From a virus, in IMG/VR virus record IMGVR_UViG_3300034152_001291, positions 32,001-96,000 of that record: a stretch of DNA of 64,000 nt; one strand, given 5' to 3'. The position numbers were made by a program, and so were the translations under genes. Below are positions 18,248 to 29,000 of this stretch, one piece after another. Every line of letters begins with the position of its first letter. Position 1 is the first letter of the stretch. The notes below the pieces were generated by a model. The model was not told the origin of the DNA. It did not search any database and saw only the letters and a program-made list of their open reading frames with translations.

Positions 18248-19545
18248 TCTCTGTGGGAGAGGTTACGCAGCCCGTCCCCAGCAAGAGAGCCTACCTTGTC
18301 AGCTTCTACAACGGGACCGAGCAGCTCTGCCAGACGGGAAATTTCGGGATCGAGGTCACCTATGATGTAGGAGACCAGGTCGTCTGCGTGACCCCCACCT
18401 CGGGCGTGCGGCAGGGTCCCATCATCCTCTGCCGGATAAATCCGCCCGCCATCCCCAACAAAGACAAGGAGAACCTGGGCAAGAGCGTCTTGCAGCTCCT
18501 CGCCGAGGAGGAAGAGAATCTCATCGCAAACGCCGTTCAGGGGTACCAACCGGACGGCATCCCCGACTGGGGGCGGGTCGAGGACAGGAACCCCCTCTCG
18601 ATCGGTGATATCCAGACGAGGAGCCGGACGTCGGAGGCCTTCAGCCAGATCACACCGGACGGGTCCATCATCAACTTCGTGAACGAGCTCCTACACCTCG
18701 TCCTGGCTTCCAGGAAGAGCGCCGCGATCCTCCGGATGAAAGAGCTGTTCATGGATGTGATCCCGGGCTTCCGCCTGAACGTCGGCGAGGTCTCGGATCC
18801 CGAGATTCAGAAGCCGGACGCCCCCAAGAGGATCGAAGACAAGAAGGTGAGGCTGGAATCTTTCCTGGCTTCGGATCCGGAGGAGCCCAATACGCTGGAT
18901 TTCGGCGCGCTTCTGGGGGCCTTGAATCCGAATGACGACCCCAAGTTCGGGCAGAGTCAGGCCACTCGGGGAAAGAGGTTCAAGAGAGGAGGCAGGATCC
19001 GTCTCGGCGATCTCGGGGTTTTCGAGGTGGACCTGGACCAGAACGAGATCCGCTTCACCCTGAGCCGCAGCGATGCCCCCGGTCTTTACCAGATACGCCT
19101 GAACAAGGAGGAGGCTGTCTTCTCCTGGGGGAGCCAGTTCGTGTCGTTCAGAGACGAGGGCCTTCTGATCAAGGCCGACATGATCGGCCTCGCGGGCCCA
19201 TGGGGGATGTGGTCACCCGAGACCGTGGCCGGCTTCACACACGATGTTCAGCCGGACGAACAGACCTTCCAGCCGATCGCCGAGTGGAAGACTTCGGCGG
19301 GGGAGAGCGGCATCAAGTTCAGCCGGAGCGTATACTTCGGTAGTAAAGAGGAGCCGGCGATCCTGGAGGGATACATTGACACGTTCTTGAAGCCCCAGCT
19401 GGAACTGTTGGGCGCCCACACGCACAATGTGACGGCTGTCGGGGCCCCCACGGGGCCCATGCTGCCGCCGATAACGGTGCTGAACTCCTTGATCCAGGAA
19501 CCGACGGTTGACACGTACCTCAGCCTGGTGAAAATCGCTCTGTAG
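18244..19545 (+). CDS. baseplate central spike (gpV/gp5-like)
   Basis: N-terminal OB-fold-like region (YDVGDQVVC), beta repeats, C-terminal HTH..V...GAPTGP spike-apex motif. Confidence 0.65.
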   Translation: MISVGEVTQPVPSKRAYLVSFYNGTEQLCQTGNFGIEVTYDVGDQVVCVTPTSGVRQGPIILCRINPPAIPNKDKENLGKSVLQLLAEEEENLIANAVQGYQPDGIPDWGRVEDRNPLSIGDIQTRSRTSEAFSQITPDGSIINFVNELLHLVLASRKSAAILRMKELFMDVIPGFRLNVGEVSDPEIQKPDAPKRIEDKKVRLESFLASDPEEPNTLDFGALLGALNPNDDPKFGQSQATRGKRFKRGGRIRLGDLGVFEVDLDQNEIRFTLSRSDAPGLYQIRLNKEEAVFSWGSQFVSFRDEGLLIKADMIGLAGPWGMWSPETVAGFTHDVQPDEQTFQPIAEWKTSAGESGIKFSRSVYFGSKEEPAILEGYIDTFLKPQLELLGAHTHNVTAVGAPTGPMLPPITVLNSLIQEPTVDTYLSLVKIAL

Positions 19546-19555
19546 GAGGCATTCG

Positions 19556-21319
19556 ATGACGACGAGTATCGACGGAAAGCCCCTCTTCATCACGAAAGAC
19601 GCCATCGCCGGCGACTTCGAGAAGACGGCGATGTACCGTTTGAGCCGCGACCCCTCCCAGTGGGAGAGGGAGATTCTGACCTTCCTGCACGAGCAGCAGC
19701 CCTTCCTCCAGGACTACGACGTGCGCGTTCACATGAACAAGACCGATCCTGATACTGGGGCCGGGGTGGGCCAAGTCGTCATCGAGGACAAGGTCGCCGT
19801 CCCCGTCATCATCGAGAACTTCAAGCTCTACCCTCTCGACATCTTCTGGCACGAGGACAAGCTGAAGCCCATGACCAAGCCGTCGATCATGTCGGCGCTC
19901 CAGACGATCTCCATCGGCAAGTCGGTGGAGCCGGGGCGGGGCGAGATCAGCGACATGAGCATCTACAACCTGACCCGTGCCCCCTTCTCGGGGAAGTACA
20001 GCTTCGCCGAGGGGCTCACGTACTCGCTCGACGATCTCCAGAGGATGGTCGAGACCCTCGGGGACGAGGGCTTCGAGTACGCGATGCGGTCCAACTTGAT
20101 GTTCAAGGAGGCCTTCGTCTCCTACGTCACGGGGGCGCAGGAAGGTCCCATCGAGAAGACCGCCCAGGACGAGAAGGGAGACGTCAGGGAGGTGGATTTC
20201 ACGCCCTACTACCCCGTCCAGTCAGCGGGCCTCCACGCGGTGGTCCGCGGCGGCCTCGACAAGGCGGCGGCCTTCGTCTTCGACCAGGTCATGGACTGGG
20301 ACGGAAATCTCGAGGAAGGTCGGAAGATGGCTCTCTGCCTGGACGACGGGTCGTACGCGATCCAGGAGTCCTTCGCCGGGCTCCCCATCGAGTCCGATGG
20401 GCTCGAGAAGAACGCGGAGGCCATGGATCCCTCCCGTCCGAGAAAGGGGGATGTGGGATTTTTCTGGCGCGTCAAGGAGGGCAGCGCCGTGGCTATGCGC
20501 CCGGCGGCGGTTCTCTATTCGGGAAGCGGGGAGGACTACGTGCCCTACGTCAAGGTGGCTGCATTGGGGTTCGATGGGAAGGAGAGAAGCATCTACCAGG
20601 GAGAGGCCTACCGGGACGCACTCGTCGTGGGTGAGGGGGTTTTCCTCTCCTCCGACTGGAACTGGACCAAGCTGGGGCGGGCCCGCACGCTCTCCGACCC
20701 TGCGGAGGCCAACCGGTTCGAGTGGCCGGATGGGGTTGCGAGCATTCACCGCCAGGGCTCCGGTCTCCGGGTCGAGGGTCTCGACGGATTTCCCAAGTAC
20801 GCCGAGAGCGAGAAGGTGGTGAAGGGAAAGCTCGAGAAGATCATGGCCCCGGAGATTCTCGGCACACTCCTCAAGAAGGCCAAGGGCGGCGGGAGCGTCT
20901 ACTTCGTCTTCACCAAGAGAGGGGTGGTCAAGGAGGCGTCCGAGCGTAAGCGCGACGCCCTGGTCAAGGTGGCCGGCACCCGGCTTGGACCCGTGAACCT
21001 GGTCCAAGCGGCAGCTCACCTGAAGCCGGCCCGCTATGACTTCTTCAAGCTGGCGGTCGACTTCGACGAGGAGAAGACCAAGAAGACCATCGACTCGGTC
21101 CTGAGCCTGAACTTCATCAATGATGACAACCTCTACAAATTCGTGGAGAATACATCGGATCTGGAGGAGGCAGTCGATGCCCTGGCGAAACTCCTGATCG
21201 GGGCGCGCCTCGGTCTCGACATCGAGGACTCTCCCATTCGGACCGCCCTCTTCTCGATGGACGAGGTGGTCAGGCAGCTGAAGCACTTGGGGTCCCAGGT
21301 GTATGGCGAAGAAAGCTAA
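19556..21319 (+). CDS. K-x-A-rich putative head/inner-core protein
   Basis: 587 aa; FEKTAM, IEKTAQ, LDKAAA, LEKNAE, VKEASE, LVKVAG, FFKLAV. Confidence 0.7.
   Translation: MTTSIDGKPLFITKDAIAGDFEKTAMYRLSRDPSQWEREILTFLHEQQPFLQDYDVRVHMNKTDPDTGAGVGQVVIEDKVAVPVIIENFKLYPLDIFWHEDKLKPMTKPSIMSALQTISIGKSVEPGRGEISDMSIYNLTRAPFSGKYSFAEGLTYSLDDLQRMVETLGDEGFEYAMRSNLMFKEAFVSYVTGAQEGPIEKTAQDEKGDVREVDFTPYYPVQSAGLHAVVRGGLDKAAAFVFDQVMDWDGNLEEGRKMALCLDDGSYAIQESFAGLPIESDGLEKNAEAMDPSRPRKGDVGFFWRVKEGSAVAMRPAAVLYSGSGEDYVPYVKVAALGFDGKERSIYQGEAYRDALVVGEGVFLSSDWNWTKLGRARTLSDPAEANRFEWPDGVASIHRQGSGLRVEGLDGFPKYAESEKVVKGKLEKIMAPEILGTLLKKAKGGGSVYFVFTKRGVVKEASERKRDALVKVAGTRLGPVNLVQAAAHLKPARYDFFKLAVDFDEEKTKKTIDSVLSLNFINDDNLYKFVENTSDLEEAVDALAKLLIGARLGLDIEDSPIRTALFSMDEVVRQLKHLGSQVYGEES
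20985..21007. promoter_or_regulatory. 23-bp palindromic motif, copy 2 (TTGGACCCG-tgaac-CTGGTCCAA), intragenic
   Basis: Matches the dyad at 238, 46251 and 53059; about 300 bp upstream of the gene preceding terminase. Confidence 0.6.
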
Positions 21320-22373
21320 GCGAGAAGAACTGTCCAGGGTACGGATTCTGACCAAGTACGACTTGAGTTCGGTATCGCTGGATGTTCTGGAGGGGATGGG
21401 CCTCCTCAAGGGAGACTTCGAGTACAAGAGGGGCAAGGCGTACCTCGAGGTAACCAAGGAGGACGACTTCACGCTTCGCTGCGCCAGGAACGACCTCAGG
21501 AGCTTTCCCGGGACGACACTTCCCTTCCACCGCTTTCTCTGTCTCCGTTTCATCAACACGTCCATCGAGGAGATCCAGGAGGAAATCTTCAGGCTCGATC
21601 TCCTTCCGTCCAGAAAGGTCTTCACGATCGCCGCGCTGAAGAAGATCAAGGCGGAGTTCATGAAGCGGCTTCCCAAGGAGCTGTCGGATCTGGTCAAGAA
21701 AGGGAGAGAGCCCAAAAACAAGACGGAGACTGCGAGGCTCGATCATTTCCTGACGGTCCTCGGGGTGTCCGCCTACTACGCCCGTCCCGACCTCCTGGAG
21801 GATCTGCGGTCCCTCATGCCTCTCAAGAGTACGGTCGATCCATTCCTGACCACGGCCTGCCTCGACCATGAAGTCTCGGAGGCGTTGAGCAAGATCGTCG
21901 GGGAGAAGGTCCCCGATATCGCGGTCTCTTCCTACCGGATCGTCTTTCACGCTGTTGGGGAGATGAACGATCAGGCCTTCGAGAAATACCTGACCTTCGT
22001 CGAGCCTACGAGGGCTCGGATGTTTCGGGAGGCGCGCCGCCTGACGTTCCAGGAGTTCGCCGCGAAGAGGGGCCTCGACGTCGTCGAATATCAGGAAGTC
22101 CTGAAGCGCTTGATGATGGAGAAGCAGAAGCTGATTCTCAACGCCGGGCGTTTCAAGAGCGCGGAAATGGTGCAAGCCCATCGCGCGGCCGTGGACGCCT
22201 ACCTGAAGATCTACAAGGTCCTCGAGGACGCCGGTTCGGTCGGGAAGGAAAGTCGCAAGAAGATCTCGGACATCTTCGGCAAGTTCATTGTGAAGAAAGT
22301 CTCCGGGCAGGGAGACGTCCCTCTCAGGAGGATCACCGACCTCGAGGGGGAAGCGGAAGCTGACGTCGGCTGA
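21303..22373 (+). CDS. hypothetical protein, candidate terminase small subunit
   Basis: 356-aa basic helical protein immediately upstream of the large terminase (positional inference only). Confidence 0.45.
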   Translation: MAKKAKREELSRVRILTKYDLSSVSLDVLEGMGLLKGDFEYKRGKAYLEVTKEDDFTLRCARNDLRSFPGTTLPFHRFLCLRFINTSIEEIQEEIFRLDLLPSRKVFTIAALKKIKAEFMKRLPKELSDLVKKGREPKNKTETARLDHFLTVLGVSAYYARPDLLEDLRSLMPLKSTVDPFLTTACLDHEVSEALSKIVGEKVPDIAVSSYRIVFHAVGEMNDQAFEKYLTFVEPTRARMFREARRLTFQEFAAKRGLDVVEYQEVLKRLMMEKQKLILNAGRFKSAEMVQAHRAAVDAYLKIYKVLEDAGSVGKESRKKISDIFGKFIVKKVSGQGDVPLRRITDLEGEAEADVG

Positions 22374-22378
22374 GGTTC

Positions 22379-24184
22379 ATGAAAATCTCCTACGAAGATC
22401 CCGTCTCCAGCGGAATCCGCCGCGCGATCAATCCGGACAAGTTCCGGGTATGGGACACCCCTTCCTGTTCGGGAGACCTGGTCCAGGAGGGGGTGGTCGA
22501 TGTCGCCAAGGATTTCGAGTTCGAGCAGGCCTTCGAGGATAATGAGATCCTCCTCGAGGGGAAATACTCGGACTTCGCCCAGCACCTCGTGACGATCAAC
22601 CGGAAGCCCTTGTCTCTCGAGGGGCGGGAATACCTGAAGCCGATCTACGACCAGTACGAGGAGTTTCCCCGGGGATCGAAAGACATCGTCCTTGTCGCGG
22701 GAAGGCAGGTCGAGAAGTCCAGCTCGATGGCGTCCATTGCCATCACGCGCTGCTGTGTGATCCCCTCCCATACCGTGCTGGTCATCCAGCCCCGGGACGC
22801 CCAGACCAAGATCTTCAGCCAGCAGCGCTTCGACCCGATGGCCACCGACTCCGAGGTCCTTCAGGAGCTTTTCCTCGGGACCAAGAACGTGTGGCAGGTC
22901 GGCGCCAAGATCTTCAACAACGGTTCGGTCGCCAACTTCAAGTCCTGCTTCTATTCGGCGGACCCCATCCGGGGCATCACGTCGGGCGATCTCTTCATCG
23001 ACGAGTTGCAGGACGTGATATCGGACAACATCCCCGTTCTCGAGGAGTGCCAGTCCCACATCTTCCCCGAGGACCGGTTCAACCTCTACGCCGGGACGCC
23101 GAAGACGACCTCCAACACCCTGAACCTCCACTACAAGGAGACATGCCAGTTCGAGTGGATGGTGAAGTGCCAGGGCTGCAAGCACTACAACTTTCTCGAT
23201 GCGAAGGTCATCGGGAAGCACCACTACATCTGCTCGAGGTGCGGGAAGCAGATCTATCCTCTCCTGCACGGGGAGTGGGTCGCGATGCGCCCGAGCAAGA
23301 TCGACGATCGGTGGGGATTTCGCGTGTCGCAGATCATGGTCCCCTTCATGCGTCACAGCGAGGTCCTCAACAAGATGGAGAACCCGAACATCCCGACACG
23401 GGTTTTCCACAACGAGGTCCTCGGCCTCTCTTACGACGTGGGGCAGCTTCTCCTGACGGAGGGGGACATCCTCCGTCGTTGCGAGCCCAGGGTCCCCGAC
23501 ACGCACGAGACGATTCACAAGAGGAGGGATGTCTTCCTCTGCGCCGGGGTGGATCACGGGACCGGGGACTTCGCGGCAGGGGGCATGACGGATCTGGGTG
23601 TGGCCCGGAAGGCCTCCACCCGCCCCTCGTTCACTGCGATAGCGCTCGGCGGTTTCTGCTCCGACAACAAGTTCAGGATCTTCCGGCTGATCAAGTTCAC
23701 GGGGGAGATGGCGAATCTCGCCCGGCAGCCCGAGTTCATCGACGAGGTCATCCGATCCTATGGGGCGAAGTGGATCATGTCCGACCACGGTTTCGGCGCC
23801 CATACGAACGCCAGACTGGTGTCGGACCATGGCTGGACCCGCGTGGAGGACGAGCTGAATCCCCTTCTCATGGAGTGCGAATACTCGGGGATCCAGAAGA
23901 TTCCCGTGAAGTGGCACTCCCGAGCCTACCGCTACATCGTCCAGCGGAACTTCGCGATCGAGCACACCGTGGACGGGATCAAGAAGGGCGAGATCCTCTT
24001 CTTCAACGAGGGGGAGATGAAGCCCTACCTGGACGACTTCACGACCATGTTCACGGAGTACGATTTCAGGAGCAAGTCGGTTCGTTACGACCACGTCCTG
24101 CCGGACGACTGTTTCCAGGCCGTGGTCTACTGTTATCTGGCCGCCTTGCAGCGGCGGGGGAGGCTCACCCCCAGCTACGGTTAG
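22379..24184 (+). CDS. terminase large subunit (lambda gpA-like)
   Basis: Walker A variant AGRQVEKS, Walker B LFIDELQD, GTPK, Zn knuckles CQGC/CSRC, nuclease AGVDHG...MSD...PDD. Confidence 0.9.
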   Translation: MKISYEDPVSSGIRRAINPDKFRVWDTPSCSGDLVQEGVVDVAKDFEFEQAFEDNEILLEGKYSDFAQHLVTINRKPLSLEGREYLKPIYDQYEEFPRGSKDIVLVAGRQVEKSSSMASIAITRCCVIPSHTVLVIQPRDAQTKIFSQQRFDPMATDSEVLQELFLGTKNVWQVGAKIFNNGSVANFKSCFYSADPIRGITSGDLFIDELQDVISDNIPVLEECQSHIFPEDRFNLYAGTPKTTSNTLNLHYKETCQFEWMVKCQGCKHYNFLDAKVIGKHHYICSRCGKQIYPLLHGEWVAMRPSKIDDRWGFRVSQIMVPFMRHSEVLNKMENPNIPTRVFHNEVLGLSYDVGQLLLTEGDILRRCEPRVPDTHETIHKRRDVFLCAGVDHGTGDFAAGGMTDLGVARKASTRPSFTAIALGGFCSDNKFRIFRLIKFTGEMANLARQPEFIDEVIRSYGAKWIMSDHGFGAHTNARLVSDHGWTRVEDELNPLLMECEYSGIQKIPVKWHSRAYRYIVQRNFAIEHTVDGIKKGEILFFNEGEMKPYLDDFTTMFTEYDFRSKSVRYDHVLPDDCFQAVVYCYLAALQRRGRLTPSYG

Positions 24185-24186
24185 GA

Positions 24187-24214
24187 TTGACACGGGCGGA
24201 TCGGGGCGTACCCT
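24187..24214 (+). promoter_or_regulatory. sigma70-type promoter TTGACA-N16-TACCCT
   Basis: In the intergenic gap before GAGGAG RBS and ATG 24239. Confidence 0.6.
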
Positions 24215-24238
24215 TTTGATGCTACGAGGAGAAACGCC

Positions 24239-25360
24239 ATGAACATCGATCCCATGAAGCTGGCCGACCTGGCCAAGATCGCGAGCGAGCGGTACCTCTC
24301 GGAAGGGAAGCCCCTGAAGGAGGTGGTCGCCGCCCTGGCGGAGGAGCACGAGCTCTCCCCCATGCAGATTCGCAGGGTCGCGGAGTTCGCCAACCACGAG
24401 ACCAACCTGGCGCTCCTGAAACGCTCCGAGGACAAGAATTACACCTTCGATCTGGCCGATCCCGACCAGATCATCCAGGAGGTCCAGTCGGGGACCGTCA
24501 AGACGGCCTCCGTCACGGAGATGGACCTCCTCTCCGTCCTCGACATCTTCCGTCCCTCCCAGGACATGACGAAGGTCGCCGAGGAGATCGAGGGCGTCCG
24601 GAACGACGCCCCGTGGAACAAGGAGGCCTGTGAGCGGCAGGTCGAAATGCTTCTCGAGGACCTCCTCCGGGAGACCGTGTCCCTCAAGAAGGAGGGGGAG
24701 GCGCGGGGTTTCCAGATCCGTGCGGAGATGGAGGTCTGCTTCGAGAAGATCGCTGGGATGGCGCGGGAGCACCTTCAGCAGAATCGTGGAAAGCTGTCCG
24801 ACCTCCTGAAGTTCGCCTGCTCTTACGATCCCGAGAGTTCGGAGGTCTGGAAAGCGCTCTTCGGAGGGCTGAAGGACGAGCTGATGAAGCTGGGCTCCCC
24901 CGTGGACGCCAGGCTCATCGCCGACGACCTGGAGATTCCGGACGGTACGCTTGAGATCGTGAACGGCGAGCACACGCTCGCCATCCAGCTGGACACCCTG
25001 AAGAACAAGATCAGCGACGAGGACCGCTGCAAGAGGAAGACCGCCGTTCTCGGCACCTTTGGCAACGCGGTCATCGACCAGATGGAAATCCTGAAGACGC
25101 CGGAGGACGTGGACCGGAACATGGCCGAGTCCCTGGAGTACCTCTCGAAGAAGGCTTCCGAGGGGTTCGACGCGTTCACGGACTTCCTCCTGAAGGAATC
25201 GAAGCTTCTCGGTCCCACCGGGAAGATTCTTCTCCTCCTCGGCGGCGCCGGCGCCGTGAAGACGCTCGGCGACATCGAGAAGGAGACGGTGAAGGGAACG
25301 ATCAAGGGCACGGCCCGGGAACGGGACGAGCGTCGGAGGCTCCGCGAACTCACCCGATAG
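24239..25360 (+). CDS. K-x-A-rich putative head/ejection protein
   Basis: LAKIASE, VKTASV, MTKVAE, FEKIAG, SKKASE; hydrophobic ILLLLGGAGAV near the C-terminus. Confidence 0.7.
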   Translation: MNIDPMKLADLAKIASERYLSEGKPLKEVVAALAEEHELSPMQIRRVAEFANHETNLALLKRSEDKNYTFDLADPDQIIQEVQSGTVKTASVTEMDLLSVLDIFRPSQDMTKVAEEIEGVRNDAPWNKEACERQVEMLLEDLLRETVSLKKEGEARGFQIRAEMEVCFEKIAGMAREHLQQNRGKLSDLLKFACSYDPESSEVWKALFGGLKDELMKLGSPVDARLIADDLEIPDGTLEIVNGEHTLAIQLDTLKNKISDEDRCKRKTAVLGTFGNAVIDQMEILKTPEDVDRNMAESLEYLSKKASEGFDAFTDFLLKESKLLGPTGKILLLLGGAGAVKTLGDIEKETVKGTIKGTARERDERRRLRELTR

Positions 25361-25391
25361 CTCGATGGTTCTGCTCGTGAGGAGATGCTGG

Positions 25392-26066
25392 ATGTCTCTT
25401 CTGAAGAAATACTCCTGCCTGTACGGCGATCTCGACTTCACCCCCGAAGAGGAGGCGGATCTCGGGGCGTTCGCCGCGCGCCTGATCAAGGTGGCCGTGG
25501 ACGGAAATCCGGAGGCGCTCGAAGAGTTCTTCCGGAGGGAGTTCGAGGGGGAAATGGACAAGGTGGCGTGCGAGCGCGTCCTGGACTACGGGAACTGGAT
25601 CGTCGAGTTCGACAAGACGGCCGCGCCGCTGGGAGCCGTGATGTCCACCCTCGGGAAGGCATTGGCTCCGCTTTCGCTCGCGCTTGCCGCTGCGCCCCTC
25701 GTTGGACACGGCGTGAAGGCGCTCGGCCGCAAGGGGGGCCTGGAGAAGTCCCTGGAGCAGATCTACAAGCAGAAGCCCCACCTTCGCCAGGACCCCCACA
25801 CGAAGGACTACTTCGAGTCGATCGCATCGTTTGCCCCCGAGGTCGCGAGGAGTCCGCTTCTGGCGGGGAACGTGATCGACCAAATGCACCGGGTCGGTCC
25901 GTCCTACGTGACGCCCCAGCTGATCCGGGAACTGGTGGGGCTCCAGACCCAGACCCAGATGCAGGGTCCGATGGCGACGCCGACGGGGGCGGCGGCCGGC
26001 ATGGCCAAGCCCACCATGGACCTCGCCCAATTTCTCTCGCAGCAGTACGGCAAGGGAGGTCGGTAG
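25392..26066 (+). CDS. K-x-A-containing putative ejection protein with hydrophobic segment
   Basis: LIKVAV, MDKVAC, FDKTAA followed directly by PLGAVMSTLGKALAPLSLALAAAPLVGHGV. Confidence 0.7.
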   Translation: MSLLKKYSCLYGDLDFTPEEEADLGAFAARLIKVAVDGNPEALEEFFRREFEGEMDKVACERVLDYGNWIVEFDKTAAPLGAVMSTLGKALAPLSLALAAAPLVGHGVKALGRKGGLEKSLEQIYKQKPHLRQDPHTKDYFESIASFAPEVARSPLLAGNVIDQMHRVGPSYVTPQLIRELVGLQTQTQMQGPMATPTGAAAGMAKPTMDLAQFLSQQYGKGGR

Positions 26067-29000
26067 ATGGGCTACTACCAGGGCCCCCAGATGTACGTGC
26101 TTCCCCGCGAAGAATTGAACCGCCTCTACGACAGGGTCGGCGTGAAAGGGAATCCCCCGTCCAAGGCCGCCCCCGACGTGGAGGATCTGAAGAAGACCGC
26201 GTCGGATCGGTTCGCCAGTTCCTTCGCCGCGCGCCAGATGGGAATGCTGGTGAAGAAGGCCCAGACGCCGGGACGTATTGGGCCGTTGTCGAGAAGAGGG
26301 CTGCCGAAGATGACGCCTGAGTCTCGTGAGGCAGCCCGGAAACGTCTCGCGGAACGAGAACGTCCACCGCGCGGCACCCTTCCCGGCGGCCGCACCCAAG
26401 GTACCAACCCCTTTTCCGAGTGGCCGTCGCCGGGACCTGAGCCGGGGTCGGAACCCGGCGGGAGGACCACGCCTCAACTTGCGCAGCGTGAGGCTGCCCG
26501 AAAGCGTCGTGCGACAAGAATAGGGCGGGAGAAGATCGAAGAGGCCAGGGCGAAGGTCTCGAGGCCGTCCGTGGCGAAAGAGCCCCCGCTTGAGCTTCCC
26601 AGGGCAGCGTTGAAAGGTGTGGGGCGTGGAGTTCGCGCACTCGGAAAAGGGGTTGGTACCTTGGGTGCGGCCGCCGGGAAGGGTGCCGCACGGTACGCCA
26701 AGGGGGTAGCCGGGAAGGGCCTGCCGGCAATGGTCGCGGGTGCGGCTCCCATCGCCCTGGCTCCTTTCAGAGCGGCTTCGTCCGGACTGGCAGCCGTATC
26801 TCCCGGCTACAAGGAGCATATCTACAAGACCGTGCAAAAAGAGAAGGCCGGTCTTCACCCCGGGGTCAGCGGCGTTTTTCAGAGGAGAAGCGCCGAGGGT
26901 CTTCCCGAGAAGATGAAACCCGAGCCCGAAACGATCCCGAAGAAACCTCCGACCACTATGGAATTCGGAGGGAAGAAGGTCACCTACGAGAGGACGCCGG
27001 AGGGCGAACTCCGTCCGGCCAAGCCTCTCCCCGAGCCCGGTCGTCTCGGACGGGTGTTTCAGAAGGTTCCAGGAATGCGCCCCCTCGCGCGCCCCGAGCA
27101 GGCCGAGGCCTACCCGGAGCGTCAGACAAGAGCTCTCCGGGCGGAGAAGGCCGTGAAGGCTCCTTTCGCGGCTATCAGAAGAGTGGTCGGGCGTGGACCC
27201 GAGCGCGCCGCCTGGGGAGAGCTTACGAAAGCATTCGAAGCCCTCCCGGAAAAGGAAAAAGGGAAGGTCCTCGGTCTTCCAGAAAAGGAGCAGCTCGAGT
27301 ATATCAGGAAGAAGATCTCCAAAAAACCAGAGGAACAGCTCCTGAAGGGAAGAATGGGAAAGACGCCCGAAGTGCAGCAGCGCATTCTCGAGGCGGTGGA
27401 GGAGCAGCGCAGGCGCGAGCAGATTCCCCTCCCGGAGAGGGCCAGGGGCATCGCCGAGCGGAAAGAGATCGTGTTTCCCGAGGTCAAGGGGAAAAAGACT
27501 TTTGAGCGCCCCGCGACGGAGGAGGAAGTCCGCCGGTATCTCGAGACCAGAAAGCTCCCGGAGGGCGCAGAGTACAGGGGAAAGCTCAAGGAGATCAAGG
27601 ACATCGAGAAAGCCGTGGCGACCGGTCAGCCCCCGGAGTGGATCAGATCTCGAAAAGGTAAGGTCACCATCACTCCTCCTGGAACGCCTGCCGAGGAGGC
27701 GGCCAAGCAGCGGCTACAGGGAGTCCAGAAGACCAGGGCGGAAGAGCGGCGCCGCGCCAGGATGACGGCGGGCTATCCCGAGGAAAGGGAAGGTCTCGAG
27801 GGACTCCGCCCCGGGAAGGAGAAGGCTCCTCCCGTCGAGAAGCCCGAAGCCAAGAAGCCGGCCGGTGAGCCGAAGCCTCCGCCGCCATCCGGGGCCCCGA
27901 AGGAGGCTCCCGCAGGAGAGAGGCCGACCACCACTGAAGGATTGCGCCGGTGGGCCAACCAGGGGACGCTACATCAGATTCCCAAAGCCGAGATCCAGGC
28001 GATCGTGGCGAAGGAAGGCCTCACCAATCCGGAGGGAATCACGCAGAGTCTCCTGGCCCAGAGCAACCGGATGCGCGAAGCGGGGGCGGCGCAGCGAGGC
28101 CGGCCGCAGGCTGCTCAAGCCGCTCCCAGCGCCGAGGAGATGGCCCAACTGGGGAGGCGGGCGGCGGAGACTTCCCGACCAGGCGACGCCCTCGATCCTG
28201 CTGCTTATATGCTCAACAGGGCGGCAGAGATTCGAGAAATGACACCGAAGGAGATGCAGCCTCTCATCGACCTGGCGAGGAAAATGAGAAACACTCCTCC
28301 GAGGAAGCAGGGCGAAGTTCTTTCCGAGTTCCTCTCCAAAGCTCCCGAAGACAAAAGGGGGTTTTACAGAAGCCTCCTCGAGGAGTACGGGACCGCCTCC
28401 CAGACATCCGGGCGCGTCCGGGTGATGACGGAGGAGGCGGCCCGGGGGAGACTTCCCGAGGTCCAGTTCCGGCCCACGGGATCGCAAGCACAGATGAACG
28501 AGCAGGTCAGCAAGTACAACAAGTGGGCCGAAGAGATGAAGCGCGAGATCCCCGACTTCGATCCGAAAAGGGCGGAGGATGTCGCGGCGGCCCGGCAGCA
28601 CTTCCCGGAGCTTTTCCCCAAGGGTCTCGAGGAAGCGCTCCATGTGACCGAACCGGCCGCGCCTCAGATGCGCCAGGTCGTAGTGGAGTCGGCCCCCCTG
28701 TCTTCCCAGATCACGGCTCCGCAGGCCGAGGCCCGCCAGGCCGCCACGCAGCGCCTGATGGAAAGCGGCTGGACCCCGGAGCAGGCTCAGCAGATGACCG
28801 CGTTCATGGAGGGTCTGGGAGCCTTCCGGTCCACCGGAGTTCCGACCACACCGGCCCAGGGCCCTCCCGCCCCGGGAACTGCGCCCCCGGCCACCGGGGC
28901 CCCCGCTCCGGGGCAGATTCCCGTCGAGGAACTTGGGCAGCTGATCGGAGGGGGAGTGCCTCCCGGGCTTCAGCAGGCATTCGAGCAGGCCGGGGTCCGC

